From NCBI RefSeq assembly GCF_009914755.1, contig NC_060928.1: a stretch of DNA of 64,000 nt. One strand, 5' to 3'. Source of the DNA: the human T2T-CHM13v2.0 reference genome, Homo sapiens. Of this stretch, positions 14,641 through 28,794 are shown one piece after another. Numbering within the stretch: the stretch's first letter is position 1; every line of letters starts with the position of its first letter. Below the pieces are notes generated by a model. It searched no databases, had not been told where the DNA came from, and saw only the letters and a list, made by a program, of their open reading frames with translations. The translations under genes and the position numbers were made by a program.

Positions 14641-14875
14641 TGATGAGTGGGAGAAGTAAAGATACATGTAGGTGGGTGATAAGGAGTGTGGAACTGAAAG
14701 TGGTGGAAACATGAATTCAGCTTATGTTTATAAGTACAGTTGCAGAAATGAAAAGAATGTCTTCTATATGTCCTAGATTCTCTGTCTCTCTACTTTTCAA
14801 TGCTTGATCTCCTGACTGTTGGCTCAGCCTTATGCCAATTTCTTGGACCAAGCCCAGTTTGAAGCTAAGTTAAAT
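14641..14875 (-). pseudogene. Relic exon
   Basis: Pyrimidine tract ending CAA, donor TCA|GTGAGT; LSFKLGLVQEIGIRLSQQSGDQALKSRETENLGHIEEHS / AEFMFPPLSVPHSLSPTYMYLYFSHSS. Confidence 0.55.
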
Positions 14876-17347
14876 TTGTAGGTAAAACAAAACAACTTCA
14901 GGCTAAGTTCCATTCTTGTTGACATTTCTTTTATTTTGCCATTTCTATTCCCGTTAACTAATCCATAATCAACCACAGTAAAAGATAGTTAAATTTACAT
15001 AATCTGCCTCCAGGCATAAAAATGACTTGTTACTCCTTAGTTATTCACCAGTGCCTTGACAAATGCACAGCACAAAATACATCTTGAATAAATTATTCAA
15101 GTTTAATTATTGAATAATTATTCAATATTGAGTAACAAATGTCAACAGCACATCAGCAAAATCCATTAGTACATCAAAAAGTATATCCACTTTGAACAAG
15201 TAGGTTTTATCCCTGGGATGCAAGGTTGGTTCAACATAAGCAAATCAATAAACATGATTCATCGCATAAACAGAAATAAAGACAAAAATCACATGATCAT
15301 CTCAATACACGCAGAAAAGGCTTATGATAAAATTCAACACCCCTTCATGTTACAAACTCTCAGCAAAAGAGGTATTGAAGGAACATTCCTCAAAATCATA
15401 AGAGCCATCTATGACAAACCCACAGCCAACATCATACTGAATGGGCAAAAGCTAGACGCATTCCCCTTGAAAACCAACACAAGACAAGGATGGATGCCCT
15501 CTCTCGTCACTCCTATTTAACAATGTCCTGGCCAGAGCAATCAGGCAAGAGAAAGAAATAAAGGACATCCAAGTAGGAAGAGATGAAGTAAAATTATCCC
15601 TGTTTTCAGATGACATGATTCTATATCTAGAAAACTCCAGCCTTGGCCCAAAAGCCAAACTGATAAACAATTTCAGCCAAGTGTCAGGATACAAAATAAA
15701 TATGCAAAAATCACTAGCATTCCTATACACCAACAACAGTCAAGCTGAGCGCCAAATCAGGAATGCAATCCCATTCACAGTTGCCACAAAAAGAATAAAA
15801 TACCTAGGAAACAGCCAACAAAGGAGGTGAAAGATCTCTACAATGGAAATTACAAAACACTAATCAAAGAAATCAGAAATGACACAAACAAATGGAAAAA
15901 AAATTCCATGCTTATGGATATAAAGAATCAATAGCCTTAAAATACCATACTGCCCAAAGCAATTTATAGATACAATGCTATTCCTCTCAAACTACCAATG
16001 ATATTCTTCATAGAAATAGAAGAAAACTATTTGAAAAATCATCTGGAACCACAAAAGAACCTGACTAGCCAAGGAAATCTTAAGCAAAAAGAACAAAGCA
16101 GGACAAAGCTGCTCAACTTCAAACTATACTATAGGGCTACAGTAACCAAAACAGCATGGTAGTGGTACAAAACGACACATAGACAAATGGAACAGAATAG
16201 AGAGCCCAGAAATAAGGCTGCACACCTACAGTGATCTGATTTTTGACAAAGCTGATAAAAACAAGCAGTAGGGAAAGAACTCCCTGTTCAATAAATGGGG
16301 CTGTGATAACTGGCTAGCCATATGCAGAAGATTGAAATTAGACCTTTTCCTTACACCATATACAAACATTAACTCAAGATGGATTAAAGCCTTAAACGTA
16401 AAAGCAAAAACTATAAACATCCTAGAAGACAGCCTGGGCAATACCATTCTGGACATAGGCATGGGCAAAAATTTCATGATAAAGATGCCAAAAGCAAGTG
16501 CAACAAAAGCAAAAATTGACAAATGAGATCTAATTAAACTAAAGAGCTTCTGCACAGCAAAAGAAACTATTAACAGAATAAACAGACAACTTACAGAATG
16601 GAAGAAAATATTTGCAAACTATGCATCTGACAAAGATCTAATATCCAGCATCTATACGGAACTTAAACAAATGTACAGAAAAAAAAACAAACCTCATTAC
16701 AAAGTGGGCAAAGGACATGAGCAGACACTTTTCAAAAGAACACATACATACAGCCAATATGCATATGAAAAAAACTCAATATCACTGATCATTAGAGAAA
16801 TGCAAATGCAAATGAAAACCTATTATTAAATGGCTGTTACTTAAGTAAAAAAACAAGAGATGCTGGTGAAGTTGCAGAGAAAAGGGAACACTTATACACT
16901 GTTTTTGGGAGTGTAAATTAGTTCCATCATTGTAAAAAGCAGTGTGGTGATTCCTCAAAGACCTAACAACAGAACTACCATTTGACCCAGCAATCCCATT
17001 ACTGGGTATATACCCGAAGGAATATAAATCATTGTGTCATAAAGGCACATGCATATGTATGTTCTTTGCAGCGTTATTACAATAGCAAAGACATGGAATT
17101 AACCTAAATGGCCATCAATGACAGGCTGGATAAAGAAAATGTGGTACATATACAGCATGGAATACTATGCATCCATAAAAAAGAATGAGATCATGTCCTT
17201 TTCAGGAACATGGTAGAGCTGGAGGCCACTATCCTTAACAAAGCAACACAGGAACAGAAAAACAAATGCCACCTGTTCTTACTTATAAGTGGGAACTAAA
17301 TGATGAGAATACAGAGACACAAAGAAGGGAAAAACAGACACTGTGGC

Positions 17348-18127
17348 TGATATGGTTTGCCTCTGTTTCCCCACCCAAATCATCTCAAGTTGCAATCCCC
17401 ATGTGTTGGGATAGGGACCTGGTGGGAGGTGACTGAACAATGTGAGGCGGACTTTTCCCTTGCTGCTGTCATGATAGTGAGTGAGTTCCCAAAAGATGTG
17501 GTTGTTTGAAATTGTGTGGCACCTGTTGGTGGGAGTGTAAATTAGTTTAACCATTGTGGAAGACAGTGTGGTGACTCCTCAAGGATCTAGAACCAGAAAT
17601 ACCATTTGACCCAGCAATCCCATTACTGGGCATATACCCAAAGGATTATAAATCATTCTACTATAAAGACACATGTGCACATATCATATGTTTATTGCAG
17701 CACTATTCACAATAGCAAAGACTTGGAACCAACCCAAATGCCCATCAGTGATAGACTGGATAAAGAAAATGTGGCACATATATACCATGGAATACTATGC
17801 AACCATAAAATAGAATGAGTTCATGTCCTTTGCAGGGACATGGATGAAGCTGGAAACTATCATTCTCAGCAAACTAACATAGCAACAAAAAACCAAACAC
17901 CGCATGTTCTCACTCATAAGTGGGAGTTGAACAATGAGAACATATGGCCACAGGGAGGGAAACATCACACACTGGGGCCTGTTGGGGGGTGGGGCCAAGG
18001 GGAAGGATAGCATTAGAAGCAATACCTAATGTAGATGATGGGTTGATGGGTGCAATAAACCACCATAGCACATGTATATCTATGTAACAAACCTGCATGT
18101 TTGGCACATGTATCCTAGAACTTAAAG

Positions 18128-18167
<40 letters not shown>

Positions 18168-18393
18168 GAAAGTGTTTGGCACTTCCCCTTTTACTAGTGC
18201 TGTCTCCTGTTCTGCCATGGGAAGATGTGCCTTGCTTCCTCTTCTCCTTCTGTCATGATTGTAAGTTTCCTGAGGCCTCCCAGTTGTGCTTCCTGTTAAG
18301 CTTACAGAACTGTGAGTCAATTAAAGCTCTTCTCTTCATAAATTGCAAAGTATCCAGTAGTTCTTTATAGCAGTGTGAAAACAGACTAATACA
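17348..18393 (+). mobile_element. MSTA/THE1D MaLR solo LTR, split by an L1 insertion
   Basis: TGATATGGTTTG start, ...acagactaatACA end, 5-bp TSD gtggc/gttgc. Confidence 0.9.
17523..18167 (+). mobile_element. Younger L1PA 3' fragment (L1PA7/8-like) with (TAA)n tail
   Basis: L1 3' UTR; TSD gaaa(t/g)tgt(g/t)tggcac at 17508-17522 and 18168-18182. Confidence 0.9.
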
Positions 18394-18671
18394 GTTGCCT
18401 ACTTGAGGGTGGAAGTTGGGAGGAGGGAGAGGAATAGAAAGAATAATTATTGAGTACTAGGCTTAGTACCTGGGTGAAAGAATAATCTGTATATCAAACC
18501 CTTGTGACATGAATTTACCTATAGAACAAACCTGCATATGTACCCCGAACCTAAAATAAAAGTTTGAAAATAAAATAAAAAAGAATAATTGTATAAACTG
18601 TGTTAAAATATTAACAAGAAAAATGACCATCAATGGTTTGACAAATGATCAAAGTGAGATAAAAACTTAAC

Positions 18672-18778
18672 CAGATGACTTCAAGTCTCTTCTATGATGC
18701 TTGATAGGATGTTTTAATAAAGTGTGCATCTTGAAGGCTATTTCCTTACTCAGAATGTATTCCAGTTGTTAAACTTGC
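18672..18778 (-). pseudogene. Relic exon (107 nt)
   Basis: Acceptor ttttgccctatttttttgaaag, donor CTG|GTTAAG; phase-2 entry matches the previous exon: QV*QLEYILSKEIAFKMHTLLK. Confidence 0.6.
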
Positions 18779-18883
18779 CTTTCAAAAAAATAGGGCAAAA
18801 CATCCAGAGCTGAAGTGGAGACAGAGTGAGGAGTAATGAGGTAATATAAGATCTGGCACCTTCAAAGAAAGAGCAGAGCTTAC

Positions 18884-19546
18884 TTTTGATAACCCTGCCT
18901 AAAAGACAAAATACCTTAAGAGAAAACAGTTAAGGATGATTGGCAAGCATTCTATTTAAAGAGAGATCATATCTCACGGTCTGCAAACACCATCACGTTT
19001 AGAATGACGGCGACAGAGCCTTTATCATGATGAAATAGGAGAGATGGAGTAAATAGAATCATAGCTGAGAGATATCATGTGCGCTTTCTTTTGGGATTGT
19101 TAAATTATTCCACAATGAGGAAAAAAACTATCCTAAATCCAGCAGAAAGACAGTAGGATGGATGAAAATAGCCTCTGTATTCTCCTTTTCAGCAGCGTTA
19201 ACTACATCCTTCCAGTTGCACAGAACAATATTGTCTTCTTTGGATATGCCTTTTGCATACTCCCATAATAATTATTATAACTACTTACATTAATTTAATA
19301 ACCCATTTATTGACAACTCTTTTGATATCTTGCAGTTTTGTTTACATATCTTTAAGAAGTAGATTTGTTTGCTTTCCTTTTTTTCATCGGCTGTCAAAAA
19401 TTTAGTAGGAATCAGGAAAATTTCCTTAAGAATTCTAAATATGTCTCACATGCACTTTGCAGTCACTGCTAACACTTAGTAGTTTTTGAGCATGGTAACC
19501 CTTGCTTCCAAAAGAACAACGGCAAAGCAGTTAGGAACAACAGAAT
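18884..19546 (-). pseudogene. Large relic exon (663 nt)
   Basis: Acceptor tttggtttctttgacatag, donor AAA|GTAAGC; DSVVPNCFAVVLLEARVTMLKNY*VLAVTAKCM*DIFRILKEIFLIPTKFLTADEKKGK... LWEYAKGISKEDNIVLCNWKDVVNAAEKENTEAIFIHPTVFLLDLG... HHDKGSVAVILNVMVFADREI*SLFK... Confidence 0.72.
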
Positions 19547-19879
19547 CTATGTCAAAGAAACCAAATGCAATCACTAATCATCTCCTTCTACTTTACCTCT
19601 GTCCTGTCCCTAGTGCTTCTGTTTACAGCTGTGCAGGATGTTCACTGCACGAAGGTATCTTCAAGAGGTAAGTAGGGGCTGCGATAATTGTCAGGCTCCA
19701 TTTGCCAAGCTATATGCTCTAATATGGGGCTGCATTCATTCAGCATGCACATTTTTGAATTCTCATAAAAATACTCTGCAGGGTCACAGAAGCTTTGCCT
19801 GTCTGTTTCTATCAGGGCATAGATAGAAATATTTACCTAATGCTAGGCAGTGATCTATCCCATATGAAAGAAAAGTCCC

Positions 19880-20398
19880 TGTGGAAAACTAACGATTACC
19901 AAATAGCCCTTTCTCCTTCTTCCTAAGAAAATCTGATATTGTTCACGATGGCAACATACCCACCTAAAAACCTTCAGCTCATTAGAATCCTGTACAGCTA
20001 GGAGTGCACTTGCTAGATGATTACAGCTAGAAGTGCACTCGCTAGTTGATTTTGGCCATGAGATATAAGCTGAGACTTTCCGGGAAAGCTTTGCTCTTTC
20101 TGATACAGGTGCCAGTCCTTTCTGCTTTCTTGCCTTTTGTTTGTTTGTTTGCAAAGCAGACAGTATGCTGAGAATGCCTCAGCCATTTTGTGATTAAATG
20201 ACAACTTGAAGAAAAACTCTCACTAAAGATGGCACATCAGAAAGGTAAAAGGATCCAGGACATTAACAGCATCATAAAGAAGACAATTCAAAGACAAACT
20301 TCCCACTGCTTGTTACGTGTAAAAAATAAACCAATTTTGTTAAGCCACTGTGCACTTGTTACTGTCCCATGCAGCCGGAAGCACTCTTAATTGATGTG
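19880..20398 (+). mobile_element. Old MLT1 (J/K/L-like) LTR
   Basis: ttggccatgagatataag...cagccattttgtga...aataaacc...ttaagccactg...tgcagccggaagcactcttaa. Confidence 0.6.
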
Positions 20399-20414
20399 TC
20401 CATCTTTTCCATAC

Positions 20415-20628
20415 CTTGCAAAAGATGTGTAAAAAAGCTTTTGCTAGATTTCAAGTCCAAACTATTTATTGTATGTTATGTTCATCCAGTTACAAAGTTT
20501 TATGGTTAATTGCCAAGAACCTAACGTATTGGCTGTACCTCATAAATAAGTTAGGTATGTGTTAGTTAAACAGTGCAGATATATTGCTAAAAACAAATTA
20601 CGACTTTTCCCAAAGTCTTGGTAAGAGT
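20415..20628 (-). pseudogene. Relic exon
   Basis: Pyrimidine tract, donor AAG|GTATGG; DSYQDFGKSRNLFLAIYLHCLTNTYLTYL*GTANTLGSWQLTIKLCNW / INSLDLKSSKSFFTHLLQ. Confidence 0.5.
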
Positions 20629-20701
20629 CCAAGGAAAGGGAAATAGCAGTTAATATTAAGCTGAGCTCTGCTGTATCTTCTGTTTAATATGCTCAAGATA
20701 C

Positions 20702-20880
20702 ATAATTTTTAACAGATTCTGGCACATAGTGGGTAAATATTGAATAATGAGTAAAATTGTGGCAATATATCAATGGTTTTGAACAATTTCCAAAAGAATA
20801 ATTTATACTCTAGATAAAAGTAGGCTGGATAAATGATAGATTCTGATGTTGCATTTCCTCAAATAAGACATCGTTGTATT
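20702..20880 (-). pseudogene. Possible relic exon
   Basis: YNDVLFEEMQHQ / ESIIYPAYFYLEYKLFFWKLFKTIDILPQFYSLFNIYP; decayed acceptor; flanked by short intron-sized gaps. Confidence 0.4.
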
Positions 20881-20966
20881 TTAGAGGGTGAAGATTTTAC
20901 TCTTTTAAAATTGGAAAATATTATTGTGAGTTTACTTAAAATAAAGTTTACTATAAGTCTACATAC

Positions 20967-21240
20967 TTATTTTCATGAAATAAGACTTTTTGTGCACATC
21001 ATTTAAAAAAAGGAGTTCTAGACAGAAGGTATAAATGAAAGATACTTGGACCCTGAATACTGGTTCTTCATGTAAGAAGAAAATTAATCACTTGGCAAAT
21101 GTGCTTTGTGCCTTATTTCCTTATCGGAGTGTAAACTCTAAGGGTAGTGTTGTCCACCCTACATAACATTATTTGCTAGAATATTGCCATTCCCAAGTAT
21201 TTAAACTTTTCTTGTCTATTGTTTTCCAGACATGATGCCA
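20967..21240 (-). pseudogene. Relic exon
   Basis: Strong acceptor ctttatttgttctttaatctttag, donor TAA|GTATGT; frame uncertain (...FFLHEEPVFRVQVSFIYTFCLELLFLNDVHKKSYFMKI). Confidence 0.55.
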
Positions 21241-22231
21241 CTAAAGATTAAAGAACAAATAAAGTAAGGCTTAGTGTTTCTCCTGAAAGTGCCCATGGGC
21301 TTGTGGTAGAAATAGTTCTATTTTTATCCCAAAGTGAGGAAAATCTAGTAATTGAGGTAGATAAAAATTACTTTGCAGCTGAAATATATGAGTGAAGCCT
21401 ACTGAAAATAAAAGAAGCAGAAAAACATACTACTAGAAAGATAATTTAAGACATGTCTTTCAGTCTTTGATAAAACAAGTAAGCAAAGATAACTCAAGAG
21501 GCAATAGATATCTAAATAGATGATTGTTCAAATAGTTCTATAAAGGAAAATTTTATATTACATAAAGAATATCCTTTTTAAAACTGCTTATAAAAATTTC
21601 AAACATTGACCCTGCATTAGGCTATAAAGAAAATGTCAAGTAATTCCCTAAAGTGAAATGCAAAGTACATCTCTGATGACAGTGTAATTAATCTACAAAT
21701 AAGAAAATATATTAACAACCAAAATGCAACCACTTAGAAATGTCTTTTCTTCAAGTAATATTGGGGCTAAGAGGAATATAAGACCTCAATTTCTAAATAT
21801 TTAGATAATAATTATAAGAAGAATACTAAACATCAAAACACATGGATTGTGACTAACGTTATACTAATGGGAAAAATACAGCCTTTTAAACATTGACTAA
21901 TAAATCAAAGGGAATGAATATTTTTTAAAGGTAAACATTAAATGTATAAGTGAGCATGAGATTGTAGAATTTAAAAATAGAATTTTTCTGGTTAAAGTAA
22001 AGCATGGAATACTTTTACCTAGTTTGGATTACTGGGAAAGAAGTAAGACAAAGACTCCTACCCCTAGACCCATGGATAATTTTTTTTTATGTTCCTATAA
22101 TATAAAATGCCTTCTTTTAAGCTAATAAGGAAACTGAAAATAATCAAACACCTTCAAAAAACATTAATCAGTCAAAAAATGTATCCGTAAGACCAGGTTT
22201 AACTATATGCTTGCTTGATGTAATAAGAGGA

Positions 22232-22235
<4 letters not shown>

Positions 22236-22274
<39 letters not shown>
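22236..22274. repeat. (TG)n microsatellite
   Basis: Seen directly. Confidence 0.95.
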
Positions 22275-22275
<1 letters not shown>

Positions 22276-22330
22276 TTTCCCTCCATTGAATATAGAGTGA
22301 TAACTCATGTTTTCAAATTATTATCACTAA

Positions 22331-23640
22331 TTTTTTAAAAATTTTAAAAATAGGTATATAATAGTTGTACATATTTGGGAGACACATTTGATATTTTATT
22401 TATTCATGTATTTATTTGGAGGTACATATGATGATTTAATACATTCATATAATTTGTAAAGATCAAATCAATGTAATTGGGATATCCATCACTTTGTCTT
22501 TTTAATGTTAGAAACATTCGAATTATTCTTTTCTAGCTATTTTAAAATATATATAACAGATTATTGTAAACTACAGTCATCCTACTGATCTATCAAATAC
22601 TAGGTCTTATTTCTTCTATCAAACTGCATATTTGTACCCATTAATCAACCTCTCTTCATCCCCACCTCTACCTTTCCAGGCCTCTGGTGACTGACGATCT
22701 ATTCAGTAGTTTCATGAGATCCACTTTATAAACTCCCACATGTGAGTGAGAGCATGTGACATTTGCTTTTCTGTGCTTGGCTTATTTCATTTAAGATAGG
22801 GACATCCAGTTTCATCCATGCTGCTGCAAATGACAGGATTTCATTCCTTTTATAGCTGAATAATATTATACTGTGTATATATACCACATTTTCTTTATCC
22901 ATTTATCCACTGATGGGTACTTAGTTTGATTCCATATTTTGACTATTGTGAAAGGTGCTGCAATAAACATGGGAGTGCAGACTTGTCTTTGATACACTGA
23001 CTTCCTTCCTTTTGAATATATACTCAGTAGTGGAATTGCTGGGTCATATGGTACATCTATTTGTAGTTTTTTGAGAAAGCTCCCATAGTTTTCCATAGTG
23101 ACTGTAATAATTTATTTTCCCACCAACACTGTGTGAGGGTTCCCTTTTCTCCACATCCTCACCACCATCCATTAGTCCCTGCCTTTTTTATAAAAGACAT
23201 TTTAACTGGGGTGAAATTATATTGTATTGTGGTTTTATTTGCATTTCCCTGATGACTAATGATGTTGAACATATATTCATATACCTGTTGGCCATTTGTA
23301 TGTCTTCTTTTAAGAAATGTCTATTCAGGTATTCTTCCCATTTTTAAATTGGATTTTTTTTTTTTTTTGCTATTGAGTTGTATGGATTTTTTTATACTCT
23401 GGTTGTTGTTAATCTCTTTCAGATGAATAGTTTTCAAGTATTTTCTCCCACTCTGCAGGTTGTCTCTTCACTCCATTGATTGTTTCCTTTTCTGTGAAGC
23501 AGCTTCTTAGCTTGATGTAATCCCATTTTTCTATTTTTGTCTTTGTTACCTGTGCTTTTCGGGTCTTACTAAAAAATTATTTGCCCAGATCAATGTCCTA
23601 GGCAGCATCCCCAAAGTTTTCTTCTAGTAGTTTTATAGAC
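22331..23640 (-). mobile_element. L1MA 3' fragment, inserted into older plus-strand L1M debris (about 21350-24230)
   Basis: ORF 22866..23096 is L1 ORF2 C-terminal (PYDPAIPLL..WIKKMWYIYT). Confidence 0.85.
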
Positions 23641-24274
23641 TAATTAAACTTTTTAAAATTTAAATATGGCTAGTATGCATCATCACTTTTTCTTTTGGAA
23701 AAGCATTAATAGGACATTTTTAAAGAAAGGTGCTTCTGTTACTCCCAGAAACCTAGGTATAATGTGGAATTTAGTTATATCTCATCAAAAACAAGAGAAC
23801 AAACCTAGGGAAGCATAAGTGAAGAGTTCGAATAATAAAAGTGAATTAATAACTTAGAAGACTAAAAAGAAAAATATTTGATGTAGTGGCTTTGGGGGAA
23901 GAAAAAGGACAAAGCTAGAAAGATAGGAAGTAGTATTGAGAGAGTACTTTTTAAAATATTAATAAATATGAAAAGATCAAGAGAGAAAAAACATTATCTT
24001 ATAACTAGATGCCAAGAAAGCATAGATAATAATTCAATACTTTTTTCCGATTTTTTAAAACATAGAAGTAAAATATTTTCTTAAAAAGATTTTTAAGACA
24101 TATTTCAGGTGAACACTTAGCACCATGTTTAAGGGTAATACCTAGAAGCATGTCTATTAAAGTTAGGATAAAACATTTTTTCCCTTAGTATTATTTAATA
24201 TTGTTCTGAAGAAATTATTCAAAGCAATTGAATTTCAGAATCTGCCTCAGAATATTCCTCCTCACTCCAAATAC

Positions 24275-24482
24275 CTGTCACAATTCTCAGTGTTACCAAT
24301 ATTCATTCTTCTCATATGCAATGACCTTTCTGTTCACTTTACAGACCTTTGGATCACCAGCACTAAAGCACTTCCAAAACCTCAATCATTTATACTGCAC
24401 CCTTTGAACAATTCCTGTGAGTCTTCCACTTCTGGCGGCTCAAGTACATCTCTTGCAGTTATAAAGAGACTAGCCAAGTTTT
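24275..24482 (-). pseudogene. Relic exon (208 nt)
   Basis: Acceptor tattattgtttcacag, donor CAG|GTATTT; ENLASLFITARDVLEPPEVEDSQELFKGCSIND / LRFWKCFSAGDPKVCKVNRKVIAYEK. Confidence 0.68.
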
Positions 24483-24764
24483 CTGTGAAACAATAATACA
24501 CTAGGTTAGTGGACTTAGAATTATTATGCTATTCTGAGTTGTAGTTTTGTTGTTTTTATTTTTGTCACTTCTTCTACCGGTCAGCGAACCACTTTTGACC
24601 CATTCATCTATTGCAATACAACAGAAATGACGAACCTTGCAAACTTAATAAATGTACACATTAATATGCAAATACTGTGAAAATAATTTGCTAGGAATTG
24701 TACCTCTTAATTTAATGTAAACTGAGACAAGTGATCAACATAGCCCTTAAGTATATGCACAAAC

Positions 24765-24956
24765 CTTGAGAACATTAATTTTTATTAAGAACATAATAAG
24801 GTTTCTATGAAAATCACAACCAATTTTAGAATTCAAGTTTGTAATATGTATGCAAGCAAATTAATTCCATTTATTTTTCTTCTGCTAATGCTAAGCTGCC
24901 CATGGAACCATCAGAGGCCCAAAGAACAGCAATTGTGCAAAACTGATATAGTTGTA
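24765..24956 (-). pseudogene. Relic exon (192 nt)
   Basis: Acceptor tatttccatgtcag, donor AAG|GTTTGT; VQLYQFCTIAVLWASDGSMGSLALAEEK*MELICLHTYYKLEF...; phase 1 to 1. Confidence 0.5.
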
Positions 24957-25301
24957 CTGACATGGAAATATATAATACATAATTTCTTTTTTAAAATGTT
25001 ATAAAATAGCTTGCTTATATTATGTATACTGTGTATATTAATATTAGTATAGTATGTATATTTATACAGCATGTATATTGATATAAAATTATATAAATAC
25101 ATGAAAAATATTGTAAACATATTTATATATACAGAGAGAGAGAGACAGAGGTACGTCTAGAAGAATTATCACCAAATGATACAAGTAAATAATTCTGAGT
25201 GATAACATGTTGATTTTTCATTTTTTCCCTATACTGTAAACTTCAAGATGCTATATGCTCTGTCATTTTATGTCTGCAATAAATATTTGTTAAAAGGATA
25301 A

Positions 25302-25629
<328 letters not shown>

Positions 25630-25743
25630 TGGAATTGGATTTTTTAACACATTCATTCATGAGCAAATTGGTAATCCTAATCACTGTCAGACCTGTTATC
25701 CTAAATGCAAGTGATGAACTGGTAAAAAATTAAGTTGTTTATT

Positions 25744-26805
25744 TGTACTAGGTGTTGCCATCAAAAATGGCCACCATTCAATTCCTGTCTTTTGTAAACT
25801 CACATTCTGCCTAACTCAAATGGTGGAGTCTAATTTCCTTCTCCTTGGATCAGGCCAGATTCTATTGCCTGGTTAATACAATTGTGTGACAATGGTGTTT
25901 GGGAACTTCTGAGGCTAATCTAGGCAAGGAAAGATTTTCCTTCTACCCTCCTAGGTTTGATAGCTGAATCTGAGACATAAAATAACAACAGGCAGAATAA
26001 CAGGAGAAAAGGTATACAAATTTGTTAATTTTTAATATTATGTTCATGGGGACATCTCACACAAAAAAGTGAATACCCCTAAGTGGTGGTGAGATTTGGG
26101 AGTTCATATAATGTTTTAATAGAGCAAGGGGAGTGGAGGATTTAGGCAACTTAGGGGAAAGTAAGTAGGCCCTTAGAAGAATACATGGGAGATAAGATAG
26201 TTTGTGACAAAATATATGGCTGTGGTGCTGACTTCTGGTCTAAAAGTCAATTTTCTCTGGTTTCTGACACTCCTGGGGAAGGGACTTATAACAGTTGAGT
26301 TCCTTGTGAAGATCTACCTTTAGGCAGATAAAGGGAGTTCAGAGAAACCCCTCTATGCATTTGATGTTTTTCAAGAGCCTTCAGTTCAAAATAATCAATA
26401 CACCCAAGTAGCATATATTGGGATGACATGTCCCAAATTTCTCCACCAAGTTCACTCCTCAGCTTCATGGACTGCTCCTTTTGAGGACTTTACCTTTTGG
26501 AAAGTGTTATGCTTGGAGAAGCCCACAGCATAATGCCGTGAAAAGTCCAAACTTTAAGAGGAGTCCACGTGTGGAAGCTCCGGTCTTGAGCTCCCAATTG
26601 ACAGACAGCATGACTGCCAACCTCATGAGTGAGCCATTTTGTAAATCTAGTAGTCAAGTCCTCATACCCAAGCCCTACCATGTGAGAGGCCATAAGTGGG
26701 AACTGCTCACCTGGGCCTAGTCCACCCACAGAATTGTGCATGATAATAATATTTTATTTTAGGCCATTGCGTTTTGAGGTTTATTTTTATACCCCAACTG
26801 GAAGA
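25744..26805 (+). mobile_element. MLT1G/H-like LTR interrupted by a MER34-like ERV1 LTR (about 25921-26445, minus strand)
   Basis: aaaaatggccacc...ggagtctaatttccttctccttggatc...gagtgagccatttt...ccacagaattgtg; the insert has gccttcagttcaaaataatcaata...gcatatattggg. Confidence 0.7.
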
Positions 26806-27130
26806 TACTCCATATTCTGGTAAATTTAAAAATCACTATATTTAAAGGATTCTGGAATATACTTCCTAATCAAGTATTTTTCTCAAAGCCCTCATATATG
26901 TCTGCTGAAATTTATCTTTTTTTTAATTAAAACTTAATGCCTCTGACACCTATACAAAATAGCACCTTAAATTCACTTTATGGTAGTGTAAATCAGTTTA
27001 CAGGACTTTCAAGCAATGATATTTTGCAAGTTCTAATTAAAAGGACAGTAGAATAAAATGGAGTAAGCCAGGGGGTCATTCTGAAGAAGTTCAGGAATAA
27101 AAGTGCAGAAGGACACTGTGCCAACCTGGA
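26806..27130 (-). pseudogene. Relic exon abutting an MLT1 LTR
   Basis: Acceptor ccttctcatccctctcttccaag; VQVGTVSFCTFIPELLQNDPLAYSILFYCPFN*NLQNIIA*KSCKLIYTTIK...; no clear donor before the LTR. Confidence 0.5.
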
Positions 27131-27430
27131 CTTGGAAGAGAGGGATGAGAAGGAATGTGTGTATGTGTTGGGGAAAAAAGAGCCCAAATTAAATTATTAC
27201 TGGGATGACCCTTTACTTCCATATTCAACTTGAAGATTTCTAATGTTTTCTATTATGGCCCTGACATATAAATAGGTGATATTCTGTCTTCTCCCACCCA
27301 CCAAGGAGTCCATAGAGTCCTCATTTATTCATCCATTCATATAAAAATACTTATCAAACACCTTCTCTGTCTAATGCACTAATCTTGGGAGAAAGGAGAC
27401 AGCAGTAAACAAGACAGACAACTGAAATGC

Positions 27431-28306
<876 letters not shown>

Positions 28307-28390
28307 CTCACAGAGGAGAAAAAATTGTAATACAAGTTGAGTGATTTATTTATAATACTCTGGTTAATTTTTTTCCCCAGGGATCTTTAC

Positions 28391-28546
28391 GTTTTGTAAA
28401 ACACAAAGTTAAATAATTCTAGAAGAGTAAAGCAATCATATAAAATCCAGATGGAAGAGTGCTATAATAAATAATAAAATATTGGAAGCACTCTTATTCT
28501 TTTTGAAGTAAATACAATTATTTTCTCCCTTTGCCCACAACCATGG
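28391..28546 (-). pseudogene. Relic exon
   Basis: Acceptor tttcctcttctgtgtgctag, donor AAC|GTAAAG; HGCGQREKIIVFTSKRIRVLPIFYYLL*HSSIWILYDCFTLLELFNFVFYK. Confidence 0.45.
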
Positions 28547-28665
28547 CTAGCACACAGAAGAGGAAATGGGAGAACTATTATAATTTAGATTATACAGTCA
28601 ATAGAGGTAAACTATTGTCACTGAAAACCTCCAAATCCATTTAAGTAAGGAAATAAAATACTCAC

Positions 28666-28794
28666 AGCTTTTGGCTATTGCTGCAAAGATAAACGAACCA
28701 ATGGAGTTAGTGTTAACTGGCTTAAGAAGATAACAAATCTAACTTTAAAGATGGGAAACTGTAAAAATGTATGAACTAATTTTTGTCTGAATAT
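28666..28794 (-). pseudogene. Relic exon
   Basis: Long pyrimidine tract ending CAA (probable decayed CAG), donor GCT|GTGAGT; frame ambiguous. Confidence 0.5.

Larger units (their letters stand above)
15140..18585 (+). mobile_element. 5'-truncated older L1PA (L1PA15/16-like) carrying nested MST/THE1 LTR and L1
   Basis: ORF2 RT fragments (ORFs 15218, 15615, 16332); 3' UTR tactaggcttagtacctgggtga...; A-rich tail. Confidence 0.9.

Noticed and set aside
19992-20050. Short tandem duplications (29 bp here; about 25 bp at 9980-10025; about 2607-2647) and a 16-bp palindrome at about 15110-15125
   Set aside because: Two-copy slippage-type events, mostly inside old repeats or AT-rich DNA; not arrays and not CRISPR-like
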